63,356 bases of DNA, filler included, from Neolecta irregularis DAH-3 (GCA_001929475.1; 15 parts of 15 records of this genome joined end to end with filler, not necessarily neighbours in it), one strand, 5' to 3'. Counted from the whole stretch's first letter, positions 1 through 14,100 are shown. A program made the numbers and translations. Notes: generated from the letters alone by a model not told the origin.

Positions 1-316
1 GCGGGTAGATTCATTTTCACAGGCAACCTTTGACACATAGCGCTCTGTGCGACCGGAACCATTTGGACGAGGTGGAGCTTGATTATAAAACCAAAAAACC
101 CTCTGTATTTTCAATCTTGAACTTTACTGATTGTGAAGATTGGCAACCGTAAATGGGTTTTTGGCGGTTACTGGGGCTATGCAAGTGGGAAGGATATACT
201 TTTATCACCAAGAGCAGAAGAAAATAGCTACCGCTTAATTTCTAGACATGAATCAAACTGAGTCTGGTTATGTCGTCTGTTTCTTTCCGTCATGCTGTCA
301 TAAGCTAGCAACACAA

Positions 317-1830
317 CTACCTTGTATTCGGAGATCTGGAATTCAGAATTTCTAAGGCTCTTCTACCAAAGAGACTTGACGTTTCATATATATCCGAGTA
401 CATACAATGCAAATTGAGCGTGAAAGTAGTTCCATGACCATTACATAACCTTATCCTATTCCATACTCCATCAAATCTTATAGCCAGATTTAGTTTCATA
501 GAATGAAACATCTCACATGCCAGAATGCTGCTCTGATGTAGAACAGCAAAATATGCCTATTCTTCTTCGCTTGAATAATTGACAAGGCCTATATTGATTC
601 TAGGTCCCTTTTGACTATTATTAGAATAGACATAGGAAGAAAATAGATATACATCGTAAAGGTCTGGTTAGTTTTAGATTGTCTGTTTTCAACCTGTTTA
701 TTTGGAATAGGACACGTGTTCGTTTTGTTGGAGCCTTCTTGGTTGAGAAGAAACCCAGACCTCGGAGACTTGTCGGCGATATTGAGTTGTGTCGTATTTG
801 TGAATCCTAATCCTTGAAAATATTCAAGGTTCGAAGTTTGAGAGATGCTTGGGCAAGGCGAGTGAGATGAGTTTAAATCCAATAGGCAGTCAGTAAACCG
901 ACTTTTCTCTAAGACGGGAGGATCGATTGTAGGATTGAAACGTTTTGGAGAAAGAGTATCACCGTCCCTTTGTTGGGAGAGTGCTGGATCATTATTGCTG
1001 ATTGAATCGTACTCGAAGTACCTAAATGTGTCCGAATGTTGATACCCCGATGACCCCCTATAAATCATTAACTTTAAGATATTGGAAGAGAGACATACGA
1101 AGGTTCAGATGAATTCGAGAAATGTTTATCAGATAAACGTTGGCCCAGTTCCGATTCATCTCTTGAGCGTTTGTTAATAGACAATTGTTGCATCGGAGAA
1201 GTCAGAAGCTCACTGGCTCTCTCAATCTTTTTCGATCCATAATATTGTCTCATAGGCGTATACTTGTCTGCAATTCCGGCAGGAGAAGGTACTTCTGGGG
1301 GTTTCCCAACAGATGCCTCCTCAAAAATGGTGTTGGTCGTCAAATTGTCTGCGTGAAGAGAAGAGTGTTGTTCTTTAGTATGGTTGTTTTCCAACAGTAA
1401 TTTCGAAAGTAACATCATATCTGGGTTGTTGGTTGAGATATTCTCAGACCCTGAACTGGTCGTATCTAAATGCGTCTCAGATGGAGTTTGCATCATTTCA
1501 ATAGAAAAACCAACGTCAGCCTCCACAGGAATTTGGGAAGTCGACGTAGTAGAACCTAATGGACAATTCGTGGACAGGTTTGGGGGCAATTCATTGGGCT
1601 TAAAGGTATTCGGAGCGTCACTTTGGACTTGTACTCGCTCAAAATCAGAGTTTGTTTCCAAGTGGCTATCATCCGATGACGTGCATATTGGAGTCTGTGG
1701 TTTGGATGTTATAGTATTTATAACGACGTTTCTTCTGGTCTTAGTGAGAAATAATATCGGTGATGTGGCGACACTTTGTGGTGGCGTTATTGTATATAAC
1801 TCTCTCTTGGGTGAGGTATTGGAAATCTTC
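317..1830 (-). CDS. Low-complexity Ser/Thr/Asn-rich coding region: C-terminal extension of the Trf4-like gene or a separate hypothetical gene
   Basis: ORFs 1074-1661, 589-1068 and 317-511 lie on the same strand with short intron-like gaps between them. A GT-AG intron at about 1831-1874 would join the Trf4 tail in frame to the 1074-1661 ORF. No recognisable domain. Confidence 0.4.
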
Positions 1831-1864
1831 TATGAGGACAAAGTCAAATCGAGGAAGATAAATC

Positions 1865-2968
1865 TCAAAATACCGTTCGGGAAGCCATTTTTTCAGAACG
1901 TTGCCCATGATAAGGATATTCAGAGGTGATGGTGATGATGCTTCCGAGAATGGACTCAGAATTTAGGTTTGTGTTCAATGCCGTTTCAATGTCAACAAAA
2001 GCCAACTGGAAAGCTAAACGCAGAGTCGATATATTGAAGGAGGATCGCGTAACATCTCTCTTATGAACGACTGGATCCATAATACTGAGTAGCATGGGCT
2101 CCTTGACATATATCGCATCGACATCTTCCTGAATTGGTCACCAGATGCAGGCCTGAAGTTAGGTATACCTTGAAAACGATTGTTCCACTACCTGGTAACA
2201 GTGAATGCCTTTTATAATCCCAAATATTGCCGTAGAAGTTGAAATATTCTCGTAAAACCCGGCCTAGACCATCTACCTTGGGAAGTGTGGGATAGTTTGC
2301 TTTGTAAATCTTCACAAACCCAATAATGCTGAGCATCATTGCATAAGATCCCAATCCACCTTCCCGAACATTATCGAGACAGCGCTGCTGGAGCCTTTTT
2401 TTAAAAAAGTCTCGAGAGGATCTTCAGTACCAGTACTTGATGATCAAACCTAGGGGTTTGATCATGGGTTTTTTCGCGATTTCATCTTTAATAAATAGGG
2501 TTGTTCTAACTCCGTCAGAGTTCTTCAAATTAATGTCGACGTGGACATTGCCTCGCGAAACATCGAGATATTTGATGAGAGGAACCTAGATATTAAATAA
2601 TTCACTGGATTGAAACATGCCTTGGCATTTGTGACAAGATCAAGCTTATCTGTGACTCCATCGCTTTTTAAAGCCACGCTAAGCCTCGAAAGTAAGGTAT
2701 TACTGGATCCCATAGGATTGTAAACGTAACAATCGATATCACTCGTGCTCAAGGACAGCCCTGTCGCATAACTTCCAAAGAGGTGGCATTTAGCTTTTGG
2801 CCAAAGTCTATTGACAGTTTCCTGCAAACGGTGAAATGCTGCTTCGCGAGTATGGTATTCTTCCACAGTGAGAGAAATATAGTCGGTGAAATCAAAGATT
2901 TCTGTTTGGAGACGAGCGAGCGGATTTCCCATATTCGGAAGGAACCATGGAGTATCAGCGCCGTTCAT
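1865..2968 (-). CDS. TRF4: Non-canonical poly(A) polymerase, Trf4/Cid14-like (spliced; 3' end uncertain)
   Basis: Nucleotidyltransferase motif LFGSYATGLSLSTSDID, then spliced NAK|VPLIKY, GGLGSY and PAP-associated LSIMDP motifs. Several short introns, one of them GC-AG (2586-2620). Confidence 0.85.
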
Positions 2969-3149
2969 CAGGCCGACCGAGTCTGCTCGAGAAGGGTCTG
3001 AAGCAACAAAAGACCTAGGTTGACGAGGTGGAGTATCCTAGTCCTAGTTGAGAAAGAATAAGCGTCATTTTCAGACTTACTCCCTCAATATCGGTATTAG
3101 CTACTCAAATTACATGTATAGAAACATCGCGTTAGCACACATGCATTCT

Positions 3150-4194
3150 CTAATCAATATCCGGTGCCGCGTTTATCCGCTTAGGCAATGTGGAAAGCAA
3201 ATCTTGTTCTTGCCGCTTCCTTGACTGGTCTGCCTCTCTGTCTTCTGGGATAACAGCTTTTCTCTTTTCCCCACGACGGCGAACCACCTGTGGCACAAGT
3301 TTAGCGGCTTCTTTACGGAGATCTTTCATCTGGGGGGCAGCTGAAATCACAAGTGGTGCAGGCTTTTGCGCCGTGAGTGTGTCCTGGGCGGGGTCTGCGA
3401 GTTTAGCGTCAGGTGAATCAGGCGTAAAGCGAGCCAAGGGATCTTGTTGTCTGTTAGGAGGAGGAATATGCGGCCTGTATGGAGCGGGGCGGTCCTGCAC
3501 TTGTGGTGACTGCTGAACAGGAACATCGGTATACTCATCGTCGTTGCTTTCGTAATATTCAGAACCCGACAATGAAGGTGGTGTTCCTTGCGGCATAGGA
3601 ATGGCCCGAGTGGAACTTGTCGTCGAGTCGTCTAATTGTTAGTAAATTTAGATCAGCTGCCGGAAACTCACTATCACTGATTTCTTCGCTCTCCCCATCA
3701 CTCCGAACTTCCCGGTATGCCATACCAGGCGGCGGAACTCCATAGGGGTTATAGACAGGATCATAATAAATACTTTTTTTGGGATTCTTTGGAATTTCAA
3801 TAACCAGTCCCTCCTTCTCAGCAGCTTTTGTTTTCTCGCTAATAATTTCAGGTACATGATTTCGTCTATTGTTGCGCAGGTCGTCTTCTAGTTGGGCAAG
3901 GATGGCTCTATCTCCAGCAGAAATGCGTCCCTTGGCCTCAAGATCCTTGAGATCTGATATCTGCTGCTGAAATTTGGAGACAACGGGTCTGGAATTTCTA
4001 GCATCCCGAGCCTGTTTTCTTTCGAGAGTTCGCTATATCAATAAATAAGGATTGTGAAATAGGGAAAAAGTGCCTTGGCAAGTTCTTTTCTCTTCTCCTT
4101 TTTCCCTTTGGGTGGTAAGCAAATCTCAAACACCGTTATCGGGGATCTCACGCTGAGACTGAACTGGGTTGAGGTCTTTTTTGTCCTTGACCAT
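3150..4194 (-). CDS. WBP11: WW domain-binding protein 11 (Wbp11/Saf1-like splicing factor)
   Basis: Spliced N-terminus MVKDKKDLNPVQSQRKKEKRKELAK|RTLERKQAR, central SIYYDPVYNPYGVPPPG, C-terminal ISAAPQMKDLRKEAAKLVP. Three introns, one GC-AG. Confidence 0.8.
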
Positions 4195-4505
4195 AATATG
4201 TATTTAGATAAAAAGGAGATGAAGAGACAAGGATGGATAAACCAAAAGATGAACGACTTGCTACGGAATTGGATTTAGGTGATGTACTGATGAAAACAAT
4301 GACGGGTTGAAGAGGCTGCACCTGACAACATATTCTATCTCCCATTATCTCATTATCCAGTCTGCTTGTCATGCTGCTCAATAATATTGACTGATAGTAA
4401 AAATAATACCATAGTATACCTGGTACTAATGAACCATAAACTCTTTTACATCCAGTTGAATAGTGTAAGGGATGACATGTCATCTCTCTCATATGAAGGA
4501 CTTAA

Positions 4506-4567
4506 GCATATGTGTCTAATATGCATGTGTCTCATATGCATATGTGTCTAATATGCAAGCCTCATAT
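4506..4567. repeat. Short tandem repeat (about 15-17 nt GCATATGTGTCTAATAT, 3-4 copies)
   Basis: Directly visible. Confidence 0.8.
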
Positions 4568-4829
4568 AAAGTACTATTATATAGTCTTACATTGTATATA
4601 TAAAGGCTAGTTCCTGGATGATGGATCCTTACCTTTTGGTATAGGACTCATCATCCATATACTCTTTGCCGGTACTAAGCTAAGCTCCCTTGTTATAGCA
4701 TAAGGACAGAGCACCATCCTTACATTTCAAAGTCTGGTGACTCTGACTGTATTCCAAGCACAGGAAGAGCTGTTGTGATTTTGCTTTTTGTTAGCCAGCC
4801 TCCTGTTCTTTTCCATCTGTCATCTCTCA

Positions 4830-5575
4830 ATGAACTTCAGCATTCTTCTTGTTCTCCAAATTGCCTCGACCTGGGCTAAACGGACGCGTGAAGAAGCGGC
4901 TGTTGCTGCCCGCGAATTACTCTATCAAGAAAAGATCGCAACTTTGGGTTCGGTTTACGCTGAGGAAGTCGACAAAAGACTTGCTGGAAAACCATTCGGG
5001 TTTGTTCCTAAATCCCATGCGCAGGAGCTAATGGTTCTCAGTTTGATCTCTTATTATGCAGATTGCTCTGACAACGGTACTCCAACATTGCTTCTTGCAT
5101 CAATCGAGATGAGGTTTTTCTGGGTTAACACCTGTACTCATTATAGCATGCGAAATTTCTTAGAAGGCGATTCAGCACTTGCATTATCAATTAGTACGCC
5201 ACCTTCTGGTCCAGACTTTAGTGCTATGCAACATGGTCGTATGTCAATGACCGGAACAGTAACCAAAGTTACTGCCAAAGATGAGGTATGCCAGCCATAA
5301 GAGTTTGGATAGCTGATCATAATTAGATTGAAAGAGTTGAGAAATGTTTTCTAGAAAGACACCCTGATGCCATGATTTGGAAACCCTCAACCAGCGTTCA
5401 CGACTTTGCCTACTTCTCTTTCGATATTGACAGTATTTACTGGCTGGGTGGGTTTGGAAGTGTTGCTTTTATTGGCTACATTCCCGTGGACATTTACCAA
5501 GGAGTTAAACTTGATGATTCTGGCAAGGAAGCTCAGCATGAAGTTTTTCATACTCAAAAGGCCTTTGTCCATTAA
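4830..5575 (+). CDS. Secreted CREG-like / pyridoxamine 5'-phosphate oxidase-fold protein
   Basis: Signal peptide MNFSILLVLQIASTWA, then EEAAVAARELL, PFG..SYYADC, GRMSMTG and IYWLGGFGSVAFIGYIP. Three GT-AG introns. Confidence 0.75.
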
Positions 5576-5890
5576 CCAATACTCAAGTTGCTTTGGTCGG
5601 ATACTGATGAAAGGGAAATAAGATTTTATAGTGCAATGATAATACAACGCAATTTTTCAATATCCGTATACATAGACAACCCGCCGAGTACACGTTAACA
5701 CTGAGCGAGAACTCAATTCGTAGTCTGGCAGCTTGAATGAATGGACAATGCGCAGAAACTAGCCACTCTGGATTAATGCTGATAACCTGGAGGTTGTCAT
5801 GGTTACTTTTCAAGCAATCCTCGCATCTTTGGGGTATCGAGGACACTACCCTCACTCCAGGAAAGTTAAAGCCAAAGTCAAAATCCCACC

Positions 5891-6745
5891 ATGGTTTCGC
5901 GAACAGAAGCCAACGTAGCTCACTTCAACGAAGCCGCAGTGTCATACGAAACTTCGGAGAAAATTGAAATCGCGGAGAAAGCTGCAGATGCCTTTTTCGA
6001 TCTCCCTGGGATCAATTTCGAAGGCAAGAGGGTACTCGACTTTGCCTGCGGGACAGGTAATGTCGCTCGAGGGATTCCAAATTAAACATAGGATTGATTA
6101 GCAGCTTCCTTCTCCCCAAAGTAGGACCCAAAGGAGAAATAATCGGGATTGATACTTCCCAGGGAATGGTCAACGAGTAATCCCACATTGATGAATATTT
6201 GATGACAAGGAGGTTCAATCGTAAGTTCTCTGGGAACTCAAGTAAAGCAAGAGCTGTTTGCTGCAACATTCTTTCTTTTCAGCATGAAAACACTCCTGAG
6301 ACAGCCGATTTGAAAGACTTCGACATCATCGTAGTCTCCGCAGGTATCATGGAGAGGTATAGTCATTGGATATTTACATAATAAGCATATCACCACATTG
6401 ATGACTCGAATCACGCGACTAAATGTCTTGTACAACGTTTGCGTTCAGGTGGAAAATTGCTTGTGAGTTCACATGCCTCATGCATGGGGGTAAGCTAAGC
6501 GCTTGTAGGTGTTTGATTTGCTCAACGATGGATCATCGTCTCACTACTTCCACGACCACGTACCCAATGCCAAGGATATTGTTTCCTACCAGGGGGGGAT
6601 GACTAGAGAGCACATGAAGACAGCTTTTCAGGTTGCTGGGTTGACAAATATACATGTTGACAATGCATGCTCAAGGGAAAAACATATTGAAAGCATAGGC
6701 CAGAACATCTGCTTCAATTTCTTCGTAGCTAGCGGTACGAAATAA
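5891..6745 (+). CDS. Class I SAM-dependent methyltransferase
   Basis: Motif I VLDFACGTG, then IIGIDTSQGMV, AYHHIDD and LRSGGKLL. Four introns. Confidence 0.85.
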
Positions 6746-7243
6746 AGTAGTTTGTGTCGGAAAATTAGTGATAGTTCAAACTCCACGATCTCATTCCGGC
6801 GTGTATTGTCCCGGAGCTTCTTGCAAAACAACTGTACTGCTGACATAAGGTTTAATATTTTATATAAGCAGCAAGTCGCAATCAATTTTGAGGCGCATAA
6901 AACACTCAAGAAACTTGTTCGTCCAATGGCTTGGCGAGACCCAGCGGAAGTGTAAGCTTTTTTGGAAATGCGAAGTTGATTGTGATTTGTGTGGCAAGGG
7001 AGCAGGAACATTCAATCAAGGAAAAAAAGATAACGTGATTGTGAATTAAACTGATGGCCACTATTGACAAATAAAACCTTGCTTATCAAAGTAGAAAGCA
7101 ATCGAAAACGCCCAGTTCTCTCCCATATGGAACAAATAAAGAACCGTTTAAAAGCTAAAGCTGAGAGCATCGAAATAAAATCTGGTAAAAGAGGAAAAGA
7201 GGAAGATCCTATAGTAAGATATAGAAAGGCGTGATACTCGAGA

Positions 7244-9764
7244 TCAGACAATTTTAGAAAGCTCAACGAAGGACCTGGATTTTCTGGCAAGGTTAGAACA
7301 TTCAGCAGACATAAATGCCTTGTTAGGAGATTGTTTCGCTTTGATAACAGGGATTTCAACCGCTGTTCGACACTGAATGCCCAATTCCTCAGCGCGAACC
7401 TTCAAATGATCCAAGTTGACCTTCGAGAGATCGAGCAAGGGGAAGTAATGTTTCGCGGTGCTCGGATTTAACAACCGTGCTGTAAGTTCTTGGTTGTGTA
7501 AACAGTGAATAGTATTGGCTTGTTGTAGCACTATTTCCTGCCTTTGGATTTTGGGAGCTTCCCTCATGGATATTCGTTGTGGTTCTACAAACTCTTGTGA
7601 GACTTGATGAACATACCGTTCCAGGAGTGGCTGCGTGGGACGACATGTGGGTTGAATGTATTGATGAGCCTTTGCGGGAAGTTGAAGTTCGCTGAGGTGT
7701 TGCTGGCTGGTATTCAATGGAGTGGGTGATGTGCCGATTTGGCCTGGCGGAGCCGAAATGATTGGTTGAAGAGCAAAGCGAGTCTGCGGAGTTGCCGTTA
7801 AGGCTCTGAGCTGCGCAAGCGTAAGTTTGATTTAAAAATAAAAGAATCGAACGTACATGTAAACCACTGTCTTGAAAATTCTCTCGATCGGAAGGGTTTT
7901 CCGAAGAATTTTGCATGAGAGGCGGTGCAATCAAATGAAGCATGTCTTCCGGACATCTCATTCGAGCAACCTGCAATAAACCAAGCTTTTGTCTCTCAGT
8001 GAAAACAACATTCTGTAGACCAGAATAAACAAGGCGTTCTAGCAAAGGCCTATCTAGTTTAGGTAGATTTCCCTTAGAAATATGATTTCGAAGTGACTCC
8101 ACCCCAACTAATCGTCAGTAATTTCTAAAGAGTTGTTTTACTTTTCAGCGCTTCGAACAAATGGTCTCGTTGCATAGCCGTGTAGAACTCCGCTTGGTGC
8201 CATGGAAACTACAAGTCAGAGAGATTGGAAAAAGCCATGCCTTGACAATAATGCTAACAAGGCTTTCATATGGGCGCTCGGGACACTTTTTACTGTACGG
8301 AGACTGCGGGGCTTAAAATGGGAATAAGATAAGCAATACTCTGTAGATCTTGGCATGAACAAGAATGCTATTTAGTTCTTCTCGAGTAACGAAAGGAGCA
8401 TCTGGGATTGCGAAATGTCTTTCTGCCATTATTTCTGGCGTAACATATGGGTCAACTCCTCGCCAGTCTCCTCTCCACTTGGGGAAGATGATCTTCATCA
8501 ATTCCTCCTTGGTCGAAATGGAAAGAGATACGTTTCGAGAGCCTAGCAAACGGTTATGTTTCCGTTGAACAATGCGTTGGGCATCGCTAAGCGAAGTGAA
8601 TTCGACGTAGCAATCGGACGAGGTCTTGCCAGACATTCTAGCCTGTTAGATTGTCAATGGATATTCAAGACACCTGTCCATTGTAATGTGGATGCTCTGA
8701 GCATGCTCGGCTGCAGGTGGTAAGCGGCAGTTCTTACCAAGAAATTCTTGAACATTTGCAATTGTACTATCCCACGGAATCTACATGATAATGAGACAAA
8801 GGGCTTCTTACGGTCTCGTACGTTTGAGATTTTTACCACAATATAATCGTGGGGTTTTGCAAGTTGGCTTAATTCCTGAAACGAATTATGGTGCGATAAG
8901 TCTTCAGCATGCTCTATAAAACTGGAAGCATCAATTTGGAAATTCGCTGATTGACGATATTCCGGTAATTTGTCTTTGCCAGAAATGGCTACTGAGTTGA
9001 TAGCTGGAATGTATGCATTGTTGGGAGGAGTTAAATCTGAAGTATAAGCCTGAGGAGACGGAATGGCCTTGAGATCTTGCATTCCGGTGCTAACGAAGCA
9101 TGAAATGTGCTAACGTCAATCGTGAAGACAGCAAATCTGTACCTCTCCACACAAGGTACAAGAGCAGATAGAAGAGAGGTTCCGTGTAATAAGCACCCTC
9201 ATACAACTCTGACAAATGCGATGCCCACAAGGAGTTAGAAGCATAACAGATAATCCTGCAGCGCATTGATGGCACTGATTCGAAGGAGACCCACCCATGA
9301 GACTGGACTCGAAGCCTGGCGGAACTGAAAGCCGTGGCGTACTCGTTCGAGGCAGATAACCTTCTTGTAGGGCATCATAGCTTTCAGATGGAGGTCTAAT
9401 GGTGGACACAGCAGTGTACTTTGCAGGGTTGGTGTATAAAATTTCGTCATGAGCATTATTCAAAGCATTAACCGATTGTCCAAAGATAATTCCAGTATTT
9501 TGCTGGTTATGACGGCGTCCGAGTTGGGTATAACCAGGAGAACAGTTCTCCAGGTCTTCTGTAAGTAGCATTTCAGCAGGGGAAGACAATGAAAGGTGGT
9601 TCGGTACCTTGGTAAGGCTTTAGCTTGAGTTCAGGCGCCAGTGCATTTATAGCACGTTGTTGCTGACTTGTCAGTATTCGAGAGGGGCCATTGCTTTGGT
9701 CGTAGATGACGAAGTCTTGCTGGCGAGGATGACCATAACTGACTGAGAGAGTAGGACTAAGCAT
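7244..9764 (-). CDS. Fungal RNA-binding protein with RING-like zinc finger and RRM
   Basis: CHQC...LLTPCGHRICQSC...CTLC (RING-like); VVKISNIPW, SGKTSDCYVEF and LLGSRNV (RRM); CPERPYESLVSIIVK|FPWH. About 8 introns; 3' end uncertain. Confidence 0.7.
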
Positions 9765-11252
9765 GATATTTGCTTCCTAACAAGCTAGATGTGTCCCTAA
9801 TGTAATAGCTAGGGGAATACTGAGATAACTGAAATGATAAAGTATGAAGATAACGACGATAGATAGATGTAAGAAGCGAATGAGACTGGATGAACCAGTA
9901 CAGTTGACATGCATTTGAAGCTCGCATGCGCAGTCTGGCCAACGGAAATATTGCGTCTACAAACAAACTGAACGAGAGGAAGGCTGCTTTCCACCTCCTC
10001 GGTGCACTCGCCTGCCCCAACATCTGCAAACTGCGCGAGCACTACAACATCAAATATGCCCATATCCACTGCTATTTCTAACCTGCATGTCCTGCAGTGA
10101 AAACATTTCCTTAGGAATTTTTCAAAAGCTTGTATGGTGGTGCTACAGGTTCGGAAAATTCCACGGAGATGCGTCGCGCGGCTACTTGGCTGCCGTTTCC
10201 GAGGGAATACCGATTGAGCATATCGACGTGGAGTCATCCCCCCTTCATCCCATCCGTTGGCCATTCACGCAACAGAAATAATTTAACCTAATTTTCGCCA
10301 GAGCGATTACTGAAAGTAGTAGTTCGATTGGGTGCCAAATTATTATTCGGATTATTGATTGAGCGTGTAGCCTGTCGCAACCACGCAGCTAGTTGCCCAG
10401 ATTCTTCTCCAAACAAAAACTTGAGTAAGGAGGTGAAGGGTATGGGGAAAGTTGAATTTATCAATCATGGATGTATGTATGTATGTATGGAAATCTTTAG
10501 TCTTCGCGACGAACCTAGCATTTCAACGATGCATTCGGCGAGGAAGGGCTAATTAATCGTGATCTTAAACGTTCATTCCGCATCAATTCCTAGAATAAAT
10601 TAAAATATAAGAGCTTGACATGATTTAGTATATCTCTTTTGTCATTCAAGTTAATTGCGATGGATTTGAACTCTGCACTGTCATATAGATATGAGGGATC
10701 TTGTCATCAGTGTAAAAGTAACTCAAGCAAAACGAAGCTTATTATATATAAAGGAGGCCCCGAAGTCATTCATAGATCATCACGGCAACAGAAGAATGTG
10801 CGAATCAAATGATTTAACAACTCTTTGCCTCAAGGTTCCTTTCGCCCTTATATACAAAGCCGACATACATTTTAAGTATTTCCCGTCTAAGGAGTACCCT
10901 GTATTAGGACTCACCGGATATTTACAGCCAGAACGAAAAGGATCTACTAAAATTGCCAGAAATATGATCAAAGTAGAGATTTCTTTTTCGCCGGTCACCC
11001 AAGAATCAACGGATGAGATTACTTCAGTGCCAACAATCAATGTTGTGGTTTTTGAACGAACAAAAGTCGATTTTTCGTTCTCTTCACCGATCGACGCATA
11101 GGGTAACATCATGAAATAAGGAAGGTTAGCAAAAAGATATCTTTTGCATTAGCAAAGACGACAATCTCAATGGAAGATTACGAGATATGTCGATGATAGA
11201 GAATGCCAGACCATGAGGATTTAGTGTTAGTATAATATCTGTCCGATATATG

Positions 11253-11955
11253 TTATACAGATATTTCAAAGCTCTCCTTGCTACAAGGTAACGCTCTAAA
11301 GTTTGATTCAAAAACTGTGATCTTACGCTGGTTTTCTTCCATTTTCTCATTCGCCATGTCGATTAATACTCGGAGGTAAATCTCATCAACAAGAGGCATC
11401 AAAACATTGTTATTGTAACGCGCTATCGGTGCGGAAATACGCAAACTGGTGCGAATGCCGATCGTAAACTTTTCTCCCCTTATTATCATTCCTGATTCCC
11501 GAAGACCTGCAGCAATAGCTGCTTTTAAGATTTTGTTGGCTGAATCCAAGGTCCGCGCAGATACATGAAGGATCTAACGTCGTAAGATGTGAGCGTCCAC
11601 AAATTCATTGTGATCTCACAAATGGTTCAAAATTAAATGTTACGATCCGACCATCTTCGACTACTCCGAGTGTTTCTCCACTGAATAAGGTTTGAAACAG
11701 ATCAGAATAGTTGTCTATGGAGATCTTTTCATGTGTGACAAATAGCCATTTCCCGCCTCCTTTTTGCGTTTTAATTCCTTCCAGGTAGACTGCAATCCGG
11801 CCTGAACAGCTGGAAGTTGTCACATAATCTTGATGCGCGTTTATTGCACATAAAAGTGGAAGGATCGATATGTCTGGATGGCCCTTGGGAGACGAATCTG
11901 GCAAACAGGATTGCAAAGCCGAAAGAAATTTTTCTTTTCGTGCATCAAACGACAT
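11253..11955 (-). CDS. TYW3: tRNA wybutosine-synthesizing protein 3
   Basis: DSSPKG, DYVTTSSCSGRI, FEPF|ILHV and AGLRESG motifs. One intron. Confidence 0.92.
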
Positions 11956-12481
11956 GGTCCCCAGGGACAATCAATCGCAGAGTTAATAATGTCGACAAAA
12001 ATTTCAAATTTACATCGTAATCTAACCTTAGAAGAATGAAGTTCGCAAGAAAAATTCCCATTCATTTTCATACTTCGGAAATCCATATTTAAAAGCAGAA
12101 AATGGAATTATGCTTGAGCATTACAAGGAGAGCCTGTAAGCGATACACAGTCACCCAGAATTCCAAGCAAAAAGGTACCTCATATAATTAGGCAATCTTC
12201 TTAAAAAGGAAGATTGTGGTCTGCCTGTCCTGAGAGGAGGATGTAATGCAACCTTAGTCCCTTAGTCCCTTTGGACCTTGTTATAAGATATATTGAAGGG
12301 TATCTAATTTGAAGTTTAAATAGTCATCTGCAAGAGCTTGTTGGGTAACGAACTTTGATCACTCTTCAGCAAGATTTTCTCGAATGGGAAGCTTGAGGGG
12401 TGATTGAAGGATTATATGGCGATATATATATACTTGTCTGATTGACCTCGATCCACCTTGAACCTTCGATTTAACTACCAA

Positions 12482-14100
12482 ATGGCGTCTCCAGCTCTCC
12501 AAGATTGGGCGATGAATCAGATTCGGAATCTTTTCCCCTTAGATGATGTCTCGATGGGACAGCTTATCGCATATATAATGTCCTTGTCATCGGAAAGGGA
12601 GATATCGAACTATCTTGTGGTATAGTTGCTTTTTCATTCAATTTGTCACAATAAAGGATTTATTGGGTGATAGTCCAGACCTGAGAGCATTCATAGACGA
12701 GTTCTGTGGAAAAATACGAACAGAAGAAGACCAGAAGATTGCACCCATGGAAACCCGAACAGTAAGAGTTAGTGGTCGATCAGTCATGACATTGCTTCTT
12801 GCAGACATCAAATTCAACAACAATACCACCCTCAGATGCCAAATCAAGATCCCCTCGATTTTCTAACAAGAGCGTGCCAAAAAGGTTTGAAACAGGAACC
12901 GATGATGGGAATGATGGCGGAAAAAATAGGCGAAGGGATCGCCATCTTGTTCCATCCAAGTACTCTTCATTTGAAAAATGCAGACTTAACACAAAAGATC
13001 TTCAGATGTTCAAAACTCACCATCTACTTCACGAGAACCTGTCCCATCGCATCCTCAACGTTCGACTATTGGGTCAGCTGGAAAGTTAACTTCGGATCTG
13101 GGCCGCACTTCGAAAAGAAACCCTGACGCACGGAGTAAATCAACTAAAGGTCCAGTCATAACTAAAGTGAATGCTTTGTCAGAAATTGACGCTGCATTGA
13201 AAGAGATGGAACTAGAAAAGAGCACATCACAAAACAAAAAGGAGAAAAAATGTGACTGTCAAGGTGCATCGTAAACCCTGTTTTGACTAATGCTTCAGCA
13301 CGAAGACATCCTCTTAACCCTCTTACCCCCAATTGTTTACATTGTGGAAAGATATCTTGCTTAGCAGAAGGCTCCGGTCCCTGGTACAGTATAATAAGTT
13401 CCACATACTGAGACAAAAGTACATTCTGCGGAAAGCCAATGCTATCGAAACAAGAACGACAAGAAATTATCAAGGAGCTTAAGCTGGAGCGCTCTCAAAT
13501 CAAAATGCAGCAAGGCAATAAAAAGAAAACTCCAGCTAGTAACAAAACTTCTACGTGGGCGCAAAGTGCCGGTAACGTCAACAGTCCTATTCCAGCACAA
13601 GACGAAGAAAGACTGAGAGAAATGGAAGAACGGAAAGATCGACTTCTTGAGTATGATCGTACCAGTGCTGGTCGAAGCAAAATTATTGGTAATATATCAT
13701 GCTAGAGCTCAAGTTAATACCGTGAGATGAAGCAGCTGATTTCAATGATATTCCTACCACAGATAAATGGGCTAGCCCGGCAGAGCGTGCACTTCAATTG
13801 AAACGTCAACAGAGGGCTTTACGTGCTTTAGAAAAGAAGAAACGCAAGATCATGAATCTTGATCTTGCTACTCAAAAAGTCACGTACCTCTATCAAACAG
13901 ATGATTCTGAGAGTGAAGTTGAAGTTCTTGGTGTTGTGGAACTTTTACCTGAAAAGGCAAAGGATAGCCTTCAAGAAAGACCGGAAGTCATGCTTAGATT
14001 CATTCCATCCTCTGAAAACTCTTTATGTTTTGAGCCAAACGAAACTACCCAGCGTCTACGTGAAAGCAAATGGCAACGTGTGCTATATGACGACGATTAA
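12482..14100 (+). CDS. RQT4: C2HC5 zinc-finger protein (ASC-1/TRIP4/Rqt4 homolog)
   Basis: Spliced KCDCQARRHPLNPLTPNCLHCGKISCLAEGSGPCTFCG, then RKDRLLEYDRTSAGRSKIIDEAADF and KWASPAERA. Confidence 0.88.

Noticed and set aside
6926-7234. Possible small spliced + strand gene
   Set aside because: Exon structure ambiguous and no recognisable homology.
10328-11250. ORFs on both strands between the RRM gene and TYW3
   Set aside because: No motif or consistent exon chain could be built; a gene may exist but is unsupported.
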